This document shows, one piece after another, positions 7,586 to 17,412 of a stretch of 33,776 nt of DNA. The stretch comes from Acidobacteriota bacterium (GTDB lineage Bacteria; Acidobacteriota; Thermoanaerobaculia; Multivoradales; SZUA-115): positions 1-33,776 of the forward strand of contig QIHU01000122.1 of NCBI GenBank assembly GCA_003231035.1, read 5' to 3'. The notes beneath the pieces were generated by a model. That model was not told the DNA's origin, made no database searches, and saw only the letters and a program-made list of their open reading frames with translations. A program made the position numbers and the translations under genes. The first letter of the stretch is position 1. Each line of letters starts with the position of its first letter.

Positions 7586-8766
7586 GCCCACCGGCTGAAC
7601 CCTCGTCGCCCTTCCTGGTCCTCGATCGGCTCGACAAGAGTTTCGGTGCCCAGCGGGTTCTGCGCGAGTTCTCGCTCACCGTCGAGCGCGGCGAGATTTT
7701 TGCCTTGCTAGGCCCTAGCGGCAGCGGCAAGACCACGGCTCTGCGGCTGCTGGCCGGTTTCGAGAGGCCGGACGGCGGTGAGATCCGCATCGGCGACGAG
7801 CGGGTGGAATTTCTGCCCCCAGCCAAGCGCCGCTTCGGCATGGTCTTTCAGCACTACGCCCTCTTCCCGCACATGAGCGTGGCCGAGAATGTCGCCTTTG
7901 GCCTCGCTGGCAGGGCCAAAGAAGAGATCGCCGAGCGGGTGGCGGCGGCCCTGGCACGAGTTGACTTGACCGGCTTTCAAACCCGTCCGGTCACCCAACT
8001 CTCGGGTGGACAACAGCAACGCGTGGCGCTGGCCCGCGCATTGGCGCCGGAGCCCAGAGTGCTGCTGCTCGACGAGCCGCTCTCCAACCTCGACCCCGAC
8101 CTGCGCGAGCGCACCCGGCGCGAGTTGCGCCAGGCGATCAAAGGCGTGGGTATCACCACCGTCCTGGTCACTCACGAGCAGGAAGAGGCTTTCGATCTCG
8201 GCGACCGAGTGGGCGTCCTCCATCGCGGCCGCTTGCAGCAGGTCGGATCGCCTGAGGAACTCTACGAGAATCCGGCCACCCCGTTCGTCGCCGGTTTTGT
8301 CGGCCGCGCCTCAGTGTTGGAAGGGTTGGTGCTGAGCCGCGATGATGAGAGTGGAGAGTGCGCGGTCATGCTGGCTGGCACGGGGCAATCCGGGGACCCC
8401 AAGGTGAGCTGGCCGGGGTGGACCCACGATCCCGACAGCGCTTTGCAAGAGGGCGACCGCGTTCAGCTGATGCTCCGGCCCGAGTCTCTGACCCTGGCGA
8501 CCACGCACCAGGAATCAGCGATCAGGGGCGTGGTTCGCGAACGCCGTTTCGCGGGACCGCTGACCTACTACGGCATCGACTTACGGATCGGAATGGACCC
8601 AGACGCCGCAAGGCGGGAGCAGGTCCCAGAGCAGGCTGGTGTCCAGATCGAGGTGCTGGCCAGCACTCGCGCCGCCCAACCCGATCAAACGGTCTGGGTC
8701 GGCTACCGCGAGGGAGGGCTACGACCTTCACTCTTCCCGTTGCTGCCAGAGGGAGCCGATCCTTGA
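7582..8766 (+). CDS. ABC transporter ATP-binding protein (FbpC/PotA-like, with C-terminal regulatory/TOBE-like domain)
   Basis: Walker A GPSGSGKTT, Q-loop FQHYALFPH, signature LSGGQQQRVALARAL, Walker B LLLDEPLS, H-loop VTHEQ. The GTG start overlaps the binding-protein stop by 4 nt. Confidence 0.9.
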   Translation: MSPPAEPSSPFLVLDRLDKSFGAQRVLREFSLTVERGEIFALLGPSGSGKTTALRLLAGFERPDGGEIRIGDERVEFLPPAKRRFGMVFQHYALFPHMSVAENVAFGLAGRAKEEIAERVAAALARVDLTGFQTRPVTQLSGGQQQRVALARALAPEPRVLLLDEPLSNLDPDLRERTRRELRQAIKGVGITTVLVTHEQEEAFDLGDRVGVLHRGRLQQVGSPEELYENPATPFVAGFVGRASVLEGLVLSRDDESGECAVMLAGTGQSGDPKVSWPGWTHDPDSALQEGDRVQLMLRPESLTLATTHQESAIRGVVRERRFAGPLTYYGIDLRIGMDPDAARREQVPEQAGVQIEVLASTRAAQPDQTVWVGYREGGLRPSLFPLLPEGADP

Positions 8767-10436
8767 CCCGCCGAACCGCCCTCTGGCCCAGCCTGCTGCT
8801 GGCTGGGCTGCTCAGCTGGTTGATCGGATATCCGCTCCTCATCACCCTGTTCGATGCCTTGGGTCTCTCGGGAGGCTTGGCTGGCTTGAGCCTAGAGCCC
8901 TTCTCTCGCTTCGCCGCGCGCGGCGATGAGTGGCTGGCGCTGTGGCGCAGTTTGTGGATCGCGCTCGCCTCGACCCTGCTGGCCGCCGTCGTCGGAGTGC
9001 CGCTCGCCTTTGTTTTCGAGCGGTCTGACTTTCCCGGCCGACGGCTTGCCGGGGCGCTGCTCGCCCTGCCGGTGGCGCTGCCACCCTTGGTGGGGGTGAT
9101 CGCTTTCTTGTTTCTGTTTGGGGAAAGTGGTTTCATCTCGCGCTGCGTGCAGGGCCTCCTACGGCTTGAGGAACCACCGTGGCGGCTCGCCGGGCCAGGC
9201 GCAATCCTGTTGGTGCACACCTACTCGATGTACGTCTATTTCTACCTCTTCGTGCGCTCGGCCCTCTCCCGCCTCGACCCGGCCCTGGCCGAGGCCGCCG
9301 CCGCGCTCGGCGCGGGGCGACGACGAACGCTGTTGAGGGTGACCCTCCCGATGCTGCGACCCGCGCTCACCGGCGCCGCACTGCTCACCTTCATGACCTC
9401 GATCGGCTCCTTCTCGGCGCCCTACATCTTCGGCGGTAGCTTTCGGGTGATGACCACCCAGATCGTCGCCTCCAAGCTCAACGGCAATCTGGAGGCGGCG
9501 CGGGTGGAGACGGTGGCCCTGGCGGCGCTAGCGCTGCTCGGTCTCGCCCTACTGCGCCTGCTCGACCCCGGGCAAGAGCTGACCGGCACGGTGCGCGGCC
9601 TGGCACCGAAACCACCGCCGATCCGCGGACGGCTGGCGCGCGGATTGACCAGTACCGCCGCCATCGGCTTCACCTTGCTGCTTCTCTTGCCGCACGCAAC
9701 GCTAGTCTTGATCTCACTGGTACCCCCGCACACCTGGACCATCGAGTTGCTGCCCCCAGAACTCTCGTGGGTCAACTACAAGGCCTTTTTCTCCTCACTG
9801 GAAAAACTACGTCCCGTCGCGAGCTCGCTGTGGATGGCGACCGTGGCAACCCTCGGCGCCCTGGCGCTGGGCTTCGCCGCCGCCCGCGGCTCACTGCGCC
9901 AACGCCGCCTCGGCCGACGGGGCTTGGGGGCCGTTCTTGAAGGGTTGATCGGTCTACCTTGGGCGATCCCCGGCACCGTTTTCGCCATCGCCTTGGCCGC
10001 CACCTTCAGCGTCGCGGCGCCGTGGTTCGGCCGCTTCGTCCTGGTTGGGACCTTGTGGATTCTGCCCTTGGCCTATCTAGTGCGTAGCCTACCGGTGACC
10101 GGCCGCTCGGCCCTGGCCGGCCTGCGCCAGCTCGACCCCGCGCTGGAGGAGGCCGCGGCCTCGCTCGGCGCGGGCAGTATGCGTACTTTGCGTCGCGTGG
10201 TCTTACCGCTCATCCGCCCCGCCCTCGCCGCCGGTGCCAGCCTCGCCTTCATCACCGCCTTGGGTGATCTGGTCGCCTCGATCGTGCTGTACACCTACAA
10301 CACCCGGCCGATCTCCATCGAGATTCTCTCGCAGCTACGCCTCCAGGAGATCGGCATCGCCGCCGTCTACGGGGTGGTTTTGATGGTGGCCAGCACCCTC
10401 GCCTTTACCCTCTGGGGCAAGGAAGGAACCGCGTGA
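8763..10436 (+). CDS. ABC transporter permease, duplicated (two fused transmembrane domains, FbpB/ThiP-like)
   Basis: TTG at 8763 shares TTGA with the ATPase stop. Two EAA-type loops are present (ALAEAAAALGAGRRRTLLRVTLPMLRPAL and ALEEAAASLGAGSMRTLRRVVLPLIRPAL). Hydrophobic segments occur throughout. The listed ORF start at 8358 is an off-frame extension across the ATPase gene. Confidence 0.85.
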   Translation: MTRRTALWPSLLLAGLLSWLIGYPLLITLFDALGLSGGLAGLSLEPFSRFAARGDEWLALWRSLWIALASTLLAAVVGVPLAFVFERSDFPGRRLAGALLALPVALPPLVGVIAFLFLFGESGFISRCVQGLLRLEEPPWRLAGPGAILLVHTYSMYVYFYLFVRSALSRLDPALAEAAAALGAGRRRTLLRVTLPMLRPALTGAALLTFMTSIGSFSAPYIFGGSFRVMTTQIVASKLNGNLEAARVETVALAALALLGLALLRLLDPGQELTGTVRGLAPKPPPIRGRLARGLTSTAAIGFTLLLLLPHATLVLISLVPPHTWTIELLPPELSWVNYKAFFSSLEKLRPVASSLWMATVATLGALALGFAAARGSLRQRRLGRRGLGAVLEGLIGLPWAIPGTVFAIALAATFSVAAPWFGRFVLVGTLWILPLAYLVRSLPVTGRSALAGLRQLDPALEEAAASLGAGSMRTLRRVVLPLIRPALAAGASLAFITALGDLVASIVLYTYNTRPISIEILSQLRLQEIGIAAVYGVVLMVASTLAFTLWGKEGTA

Positions 10437-11656
10437 CCCGGCGAGACTCTCTGCGCCGGCTATCCATTTTGATGGCCACCGTGCTGATCGACATGATCGG
10501 CTTCTCGATGGTGCTCACCCAGTTGCCCTTCTACGCCGAACGGTTCGGCGCCTCAGCCAGCACGGTGGGGCTGCTGATCGCCATCTTTGCCCTCGCCCAG
10601 CTGGCTTCGGCCCCGCTCTGGGGCCGTTTCTCTGATCGCTACGGCCGACGACCGGCCATCCTCAGCGGTTTGCTCGCCTCCGCCGTGGCATTCTTGTTGT
10701 TCGGCCTGGCGAATTCTCTGTGGATGCTCTTCGTCACCCGCTTCGTGCAGGGTTTCGGCGGCGGTACGATCGGCGTGGTGCAAGCCTACGTCAGCGACTC
10801 CTCCACCCCTGAGAATCGCGCCCAAGGGCTAGCCTGGGTGACCGCGGCCGCCTCGGCGGGGGTCATGGTCGGGCCCAAACTCGGCTCGCTGGCCTTCGGC
10901 CTCGGCCCCTCGGCTCCCGGTTTCCTTGCCGCCGCTTTTTGCCTGCTGAACTTGGCCTTTGCCTGGAAGTGGCTCCCCGAGAGCCGTTCAGCCAGCGATC
11001 GAGAACGCGACGCCAATCAGGCCGAGCCCACCCTCCTCTTCCAAGCTCTCCTGCGCATCGTGGCCACGCCCAAGGCGCAGATCTCCACCCTGATGACGAT
11101 CTACGCCCTGGCCATGCTCGCCTTCATGTCGCTCAACGGTATCTTGGTGCTCTACCTGAAGCACACCTTCGGCCTTACCGAGCAAACGATCGGTAACGTC
11201 TACTTCTACATCGCCGGGATGGCCTTCGTGATGCGAGCGGCGCTTCTCGGCTTGATCGTCCGTCGCTTCGGCGAGGTCCGCACGCTGCGCCTCGGAGCCT
11301 TGTTCGTGGCCCTGGGACTCTTGACTATTCCTCTGGCCGAGAGTCTCCTGGCCCTCTACCTGGTCGCCCTCTTCATCCCCATCGGCACTTCGCTGCTCTT
11401 CCCGACCACCACTTCGATGGTGTCGAAGTACGCCAAGAAGCAGGAGACCGGCCAGACCCTGGGCGTCCAGCAGGCTTTCGGTGGCCTGTCGCGGCTCGCC
11501 GGCCCGATCTGGGCGACCGCGGTCTTCGAGTTCTCTACCACCGCCCCGTTTTTCATCACCGGAGGGTTGATGCTGGCCGTCTTCCTCTACACTTTCCGCG
11601 TTCAACCGCGGCCCGAGCCGCTGCCACCCAAGGCCGAAGCGGCCGCCGCACAGTAG
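10433..11656 (+). CDS. MFS transporter (12-TMS drug/H+ antiporter-like)
   Basis: MFS motif A GRFSDRYGRRPAIL lies between TM2 and TM3. The hydropathy pattern is consistent with 12 helices. The GTG start overlaps the permease stop by 4 nt. Confidence 0.85.
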   Translation: MTRRDSLRRLSILMATVLIDMIGFSMVLTQLPFYAERFGASASTVGLLIAIFALAQLASAPLWGRFSDRYGRRPAILSGLLASAVAFLLFGLANSLWMLFVTRFVQGFGGGTIGVVQAYVSDSSTPENRAQGLAWVTAAASAGVMVGPKLGSLAFGLGPSAPGFLAAAFCLLNLAFAWKWLPESRSASDRERDANQAEPTLLFQALLRIVATPKAQISTLMTIYALAMLAFMSLNGILVLYLKHTFGLTEQTIGNVYFYIAGMAFVMRAALLGLIVRRFGEVRTLRLGALFVALGLLTIPLAESLLALYLVALFIPIGTSLLFPTTTSMVSKYAKKQETGQTLGVQQAFGGLSRLAGPIWATAVFEFSTTAPFFITGGLMLAVFLYTFRVQPRPEPLPPKAEAAAAQ

Positions 11657-11676
11657 ACGCCACCGGCGAGCCCACG

Positions 11677-11715
11677 AAAAAAGCCGCGACCTGGCATGCC
11701 AGAGATCGCGGCTTT
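11677..11715. terminator. bidirectional intrinsic terminator, strongest on the minus strand
   Basis: AAAAAAGCCGCGAcctggcatgccagagaTCGCGGCTTT. On the minus strand the stem is followed by TTTTTT, immediately downstream of the tRNA. On the plus strand it follows the MFS stop with only a short T-run. Confidence 0.6.
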
Positions 11716-11724
11716 GAATCGGCG

Positions 11725-11802
<78 letters not shown>

Positions 11803-11907
11803 CCATTTTGAGCGTCACTCGTCATTCAACGTGGTGCCGCCTCAAGAGCGCGGATAATGCCAAATCGAAAGGCGCCTGTCAATCGTAAATTTCAGATGGA
11901 GTCCTGT

Positions 11908-13326
11908 TTACTGAATGTAGCCCAGCGCCCTGAGCTGGCGTTCGGACTCATCGCCACGGGCGAGGGCCTCCGGGTTGGCGACTCCGCCTTCGGTTTTGAT
12001 CAGCCATTGCACCAAGGCACGGCGCAGGCGGCTGAGTTCATCGGGGCGTTGGCGACTCAGCTCTTCCTTCTCCCCGGGGTCCTCGACCACATCGAAGAGC
12101 TGGAACACCCCACGTCGCTGGTGGAAGAGCAGCTTGAAACGACCATCGAAGACGCTACGCCACTCGTATTGGCTAGTGAACGCCAACGGCGGTTCATCCG
12201 CCGCGGAGGGGGAGGAGCGGCCGTGGGCAGCCGCTTCGATGCGCTGGCGCAAACTGACGCCGTCGAACTTGTAGTGGGCGTAGTCGATTCCCAGGTAATC
12301 GAGCAGGGTGGGAACCAGATCCAAGTTCTGTACCGCTCCACGCACCCGCAATCCGGCCGGGCCACCGGGCAGACGGAGGATGAACGGCGTCCGCGCCAGA
12401 GTGTCAAAGGGTGGGCGGCAGTGGCGCACGTGGCCGTGCTCGAAGAATTCTTCGCCGTGGTCGCTCACCACCACGATCACCGTGTTGGCCAGCGCCCCCA
12501 CTTCTTCCAGAGCCGCGGTCAAGCGAGGGAAGAGAGCGTCGAAGTAGGCGATCTCCTCGTCGTACAGATCGAGCAGGTGATCCATGTCACTGTCGCGCCA
12601 ACGCAGGACCGGTCCGGTACCGTAAATCGCGTCAGCGATCGGGGTGGGATCGCCAGCGAGGACGAACTCGGGCCCTTTGAACTCTTTGGCGAAACGGCGC
12701 CGATGGCCGGCCGGTGGTTGGTACGGGCCGTGAGGATCCATGAAGTGGAGATAGGTGAAGAAGGGCTGTTCGAGGTTGCGTAGCTGGTCTTTGAGGCGGT
12801 CGTGGATGCAGTCGGCCGACTTCCAGGCGCAGCCTTCGCCAAAGAAGTCGTAGCCGCGATCGAAACCGCCGTGCGGGTTGAACCGAGAGGGGCTCTTGCG
12901 CACGATCGGGCTCGCCGACAGGGCTAGAGTGCTGTACCCCCGCTCTTTCAGGATCTCAGGCAGCGACACGATGGCCGGCACAATGCCCATCGTTCCGCCT
13001 GGTTGCCCTAGAAACTGACTTGGATAGCGCGAGGTCAGCAGCGAGTTGACGGAGGGAAAGGTGCAGGTCGCCTGGCTGCGATTGTCTTCGAAGAGGATCG
13101 CCCCGGCAGCGAACTCGTCGAGGCTAGGGCTGGTCTTGCGGTGATACCCGTAGCCACTCAGGTGATCGGCCCGCAGCGTGTCGACCATCACCAGGACCAC
13201 GTTGAGCGGCTGGGCGGTGACGGGCTCCGGCTCTTCGCCCGCCGGGCGCTCACAACCGACCACGGCCGCTAGCACAAAGAGCGCGGCGAGGGTCCCTCCA
13301 GCGGTCACTCGATCCATGCGCCACAT
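11908..13326 (-). CDS. sulfatase-like hydrolase/transferase lipoprotein (alkaline phosphatase superfamily)
   Basis: Lipobox LAAVVGC. Metal-site N-terminus NVVLVMVDTLRADHLSGYGY. The nucleophile region SQATCTFPSVNSLLTSRYP has no canonical C/S-x-P-x-R formylglycine motif. Later motif VVVSDHGEEFFEHG. Confidence 0.8.
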   Translation of the reverse strand: MWRMDRVTAGGTLAALFVLAAVVGCERPAGEEPEPVTAQPLNVVLVMVDTLRADHLSGYGYHRKTSPSLDEFAAGAILFEDNRSQATCTFPSVNSLLTSRYPSQFLGQPGGTMGIVPAIVSLPEILKERGYSTLALSASPIVRKSPSRFNPHGGFDRGYDFFGEGCAWKSADCIHDRLKDQLRNLEQPFFTYLHFMDPHGPYQPPAGHRRRFAKEFKGPEFVLAGDPTPIADAIYGTGPVLRWRDSDMDHLLDLYDEEIAYFDALFPRLTAALEEVGALANTVIVVVSDHGEEFFEHGHVRHCRPPFDTLARTPFILRLPGGPAGLRVRGAVQNLDLVPTLLDYLGIDYAHYKFDGVSLRQRIEAAAHGRSSPSAADEPPLAFTSQYEWRSVFDGRFKLLFHQRRGVFQLFDVVEDPGEKEELSRQRPDELSRLRRALVQWLIKTEGGVANPEALARGDESERQLRALGYIQ

Positions 13327-13336
13327 GGCTCGATCC

Positions 13337-13987
13337 CTACCCGTCGAGATGGTTCAAGAACTCTTCGGCCAAGCGGGCGCGCAACTTCTGGAGTCGCTGC
13401 GAGCCCGCGGTGCTCTTTCGACCTTCGACGATCAGCACGTGGGTCAACCTCGGATCGTCGCCGTAGGTCTCGTGGCGTTCGAGCCCTTGCAACACCGGCA
13501 GTTCACTCTCGCCGTAGGTGCACCAGCGAACTTCGTCGAAGCCGCAGGCCTCTAGCGCTTCGCCGAGAATTTGGCGATTCCACAGAAACTGGTGCCCCCA
13601 AGCGTGGAAAGCTCGGTTCAAGCGCATGGCCATCAACCGCTTCTCTTCCGCTGGAGCCTCCACTCGGTAGTGGGTATCCCACACCCAGTCGAGGTTGGGT
13701 GTCGACAGGCGCAGCCACCCGCCGGGCGCCAGCACTCGGTGGCACTCGAGCAAGAAGTTGAGAGCGTCGTCCACCGCCAGGTGTTCTAGAAAGTGCTCGG
13801 CGAAGACCACCTCGCAGTCGCGGTAGTCCAAACCTTGAGTTACATCGGCGACCGCGTCGACCCCGGGCAACGGCAAGAGGTCGATGTTGACCCAGCCCTC
13901 GAGCCGTTTGTCCCCCGAGCCGATGTGCAACTTAGCGGCTGCGTCGCTCGGCGTGGAGTTCTTCTGCTTGCCATCGAAAAAGCCCAT
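13337..13987 (-). CDS. class I SAM-dependent methyltransferase-like protein
   Basis: AEHFLEHL and LAPGGWLRLSTPN are typical of Methyltransf_11/23-like proteins. ATG at 13987 is preferred, with GAGG about 12 nt upstream; the listed start at 14023 is TTG. The stop lies 10 nt before the sulfatase-like gene. Confidence 0.65.
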   Translation of the reverse strand: MGFFDGKQKNSTPSDAAAKLHIGSGDKRLEGWVNIDLLPLPGVDAVADVTQGLDYRDCEVVFAEHFLEHLAVDDALNFLLECHRVLAPGGWLRLSTPNLDWVWDTHYRVEAPAEEKRLMAMRLNRAFHAWGHQFLWNRQILGEALEACGFDEVRWCTYGESELPVLQGLERHETYGDDPRLTHVLIVEGRKSTAGSQRLQKLRARLAEEFLNHLDG

Positions 13988-14145
13988 GGCGCCGACCCTC
14001 GTATCTTCGGCATCATTTGTCAAGCACCAGCCGCGAGTCCGCGCCTTGTCTTCGCTCAGCCAGGAGGCCTACGGGGAGGGTGGTACTGAAGCGTAAGTCT
14101 TGAGCAGACATGACTTTGCCGGTACTCTTGCCGGTGCGGGGGTGA

Positions 14146-15507
<1,362 letters not shown>

Positions 15508-15516
15508 AGAGGACCC

Positions 15517-15813
15517 ATGCAAGCCAGTTCAGTTGCCGACCCCAGACCTTTTCGCGTCGTCTTGGCGGCGGCGGTCGGCATTCTGTTGCTCCTCCTCGGG
15601 GTGGCTGGTTTGCGCAGTTGGCGGGATCTCGAGACCTCCCGCCACCAGGAAGAGAGCCTGGTGCAACAACTCGAGCGCACTGGCGCCAGTATCCAAGCGT
15701 TGCAGCACCGAGTCGATCTGCTCCAGAACGACTCGGCGGCGATCGAGCGCTTGGCGCGCGAGGAGCTGTGGATGGCGCACCCCGACGACGTGGTCATCGT
15801 CCTGCCCGAATAG
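15517..15813 (+). CDS. ftsB: septum formation initiator (FtsB/DivIC family)
   Basis: 98 aa with one N-terminal TM helix, a coiled-coil segment and the C-terminal IERLAREELWMAHPDDVVIV motif. The position directly after eno is the common arrangement. Confidence 0.7.
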   Translation: MQASSVADPRPFRVVLAAAVGILLLLLGVAGLRSWRDLETSRHQEESLVQQLERTGASIQALQHRVDLLQNDSAAIERLAREELWMAHPDDVVIVLPE

Positions 15814-15911
15814 ACCAAGGCGGAGGTGCACACCACCCCCGAAATGGCCTCGGTGGAGCTGCCCCAGTAGCCGACCGTTCTCGCCCATCCGGGCCGGCTG
15901 GCGAGCCACAC

Positions 15912-15939
15912 TGGACAGATCGAAACCGTGGCATAGAAT
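15912..15939 (+). promoter_or_regulatory. candidate sigma70 promoter for nhaA
   Basis: TGGACA (15912-15917), a 16-nt spacer, then TAGAAT (15934-15939). The -10 lies in the loop of a 7-bp hairpin (gaaaccg 15922-15928 / cggtttc 15941-15947). Pattern match only. Confidence 0.35.
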
Positions 15940-15985
15940 GCGGTTTCAGATCCGCTGACTATCCAACTGCGTGGAGGTGCTGGGC

Positions 15986-17185
15986 GTGGAGAAAAAAGGC
16001 AAGAGGGGTCCGATCAAATTCCTGCTGGAGAACTCACTGGTTCTCATCATCGGCGCGGTCGTGGCGCTGATTTGGGCGAACCTCGACCACGAGAGCTACG
16101 ACCATCTGGTGCACTTACCGTTGTTCGAGAATAACTTTCTCGGCACCCTGCACGACGGCCATCGGGTCATTACCCTGCACTATCTGGTCAACGATCTCCT
16201 CATGGCTCTCTTCTTCGCCATCGCCGGCAAGGAGGTTTGGGAAGCGACCCTGCCCGGCGGCTCCCTCTCCAATCCGCGCAAAGCCGCCTCGCCGCTGATC
16301 GCCACCCTGGGCGGCGCATTCGTGCCCGCCGGCATCTTTCTGGTCGGCGCCAAGATGGTCGGCCAATTCGCCGAGCTGAGCCAGGGCTGGGCCATTCCGG
16401 TGGCCACCGACATCGCCTTCTCCTACATGGTGGCCCGCCTGGTCTTCGGCGCCCGTCACCCGGCCATCCCCTTCCTCCTCTTGCTGGCCATCGCCGACGA
16501 CGCCATCGGTCTGGTGGTGCTGGCGATCTTCTATCCGCAAGAAGAGCTCCAGCTCGGCTGGCTCTTGCTCAGCGCGCTGGGTGTCTTGATCGGGTTGGCC
16601 ATGCGGCGCAAGGGCGTGCACAGCTTCTGGCCCTACCTCCTGCTGGCCGGTGGTCTCTCCTGGCTCGGCTTCGCCAAGTCGGGGATCCATCCGGCGTTGG
16701 GGCTGCTGCCGATCATCCCCACCATGCCGCACGCCCATGTCGACGCCGGTCTCTTCGACTGGAAGGAGATGATGAAGACCGACACTCTCAACCGCTTCGA
16801 GCACTGGTGGAAGAACCCGGTCGAGCTGATTCTCGGCGCCTTCGGCCTGCTCAACGCTGGGGTAGTGGTCGGAGCGATCAGCACTCCGACCTATCTGATT
16901 CTGATCGCCCTCTTGCTCGGCAAGCCGATCGGAATCTGGCTCTTTGGCATGATCGCGGTCAAAGGGCTTGGTTTCAAGCTACCCGACGGGATGAAAGCCA
17001 GGGATCTGGTGGTGCTTGGCTGCGCCGCCGGCATTGGCTTCACCGTGTCGCTCTTCGTGGCCAGCGTCGCATTTGGCCCTGGCGCGATTCAGGACGCCGC
17101 CAAGATGGGCGCCCTACTCTCCTTCGCCGGCGTCATCATGACCTTCGCGGCCGGCAAGTTGTTCGGAGTGGAGAAGCAACACTAA
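15986..17185 (+). CDS. nhaA: Na+/H+ antiporter NhaA
   Basis: GWAIPVATDIAFSY and LLLLAIADDAIGLVVLAIFY match the NhaA TM4/TM5 signatures, including the Asp-Asp pair. GTG at 15986 has GGAGG 8 nt upstream; the listed GTG at 15971 is an alternative start. Confidence 0.9.
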   Translation: MEKKGKRGPIKFLLENSLVLIIGAVVALIWANLDHESYDHLVHLPLFENNFLGTLHDGHRVITLHYLVNDLLMALFFAIAGKEVWEATLPGGSLSNPRKAASPLIATLGGAFVPAGIFLVGAKMVGQFAELSQGWAIPVATDIAFSYMVARLVFGARHPAIPFLLLLAIADDAIGLVVLAIFYPQEELQLGWLLLSALGVLIGLAMRRKGVHSFWPYLLLAGGLSWLGFAKSGIHPALGLLPIIPTMPHAHVDAGLFDWKEMMKTDTLNRFEHWWKNPVELILGAFGLLNAGVVVGAISTPTYLILIALLLGKPIGIWLFGMIAVKGLGFKLPDGMKARDLVVLGCAAGIGFTVSLFVASVAFGPGAIQDAAKMGALLSFAGVIMTFAAGKLFGVEKQH

Positions 17186-17245
17186 CGCCTAGCGTGTGGA
17201 CTCGCGTGGCGGCGGCCTACTCGGCCATGCCTAGGCATTAGCAGT

Positions 17246-17395
17246 CCGTGGTGAAAGTCATCCGTCGGTGAGAACGAGGGATTTGGCGGCGAATCAAGGC
17301 GGAAAACCGCAGGCGAACCCTAGGTTCGTTGAGGATTTTCCAACGCAGAGTCGCGGTCAAAGACCCGTTCGGAACCAGGATGAGTTTCACCACGG
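17246..17395 (+). promoter_or_regulatory. structured 5' leader of moaA (possible Moco-type riboswitch, unverified)
   Basis: An 11-nt perfect long-range pairing: ccgtggtgaaa (17246-17256) with tttcaccacgg (17385-17395). It encloses about 128 nt that contain local hairpins gcgg-aaaa-ccgc (17299-17310) and cgaac-cctag-gttcg (17314-17328). The structure ends 17 nt before the moaA ATG. Confidence 0.3.
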
Positions 17396-17412
17396 GCTGT
17401 TAGACTCTCCCC

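Noticed and set aside
6418-7591. Long ORFs 6418..7449 (+, 343 aa) and 6521..7591 (-, 356 aa) overlapping the binding-protein gene
   Set aside because: The translations are Arg/Gly/Pro/Ala-rich and low-complexity, as expected for off-frame or antisense reading of high-GC DNA. The 6563 frame has clear solute-binding-protein character.
8358-8762. N-terminal 135 codons of the listed 692-aa permease ORF
   Set aside because: This stretch lies entirely inside the ATPase gene in another frame and is Arg/Pro/Gly-rich. Membrane-protein sequence only begins at TTG 8763, which overlaps the ATPase stop.
11857-12783. 308-aa plus-strand ORF
   Set aside because: It is antisense to the sulfatase-like gene, which has strong family motifs. 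The ORF has no motifs of its own.
15929-15941. TGGCAT-N-TGC resembling a sigma54 -24/-12 element upstream of nhaA
   Set aside because: The GG to GC spacing is about 2 nt too short for the consensus TGGCAC-N5-TTGC. The same bases fit a sigma70 -10 (TAGAAT) better.
16115-17241. ORFs 16115..16804 (-) and 16237..17241 (+) inside nhaA
   Set aside because: These are off-frame or antisense to an unambiguous NhaA sequence. Their Arg/Gly/Pro-rich translations are incompatible with the hydrophobic transporter.
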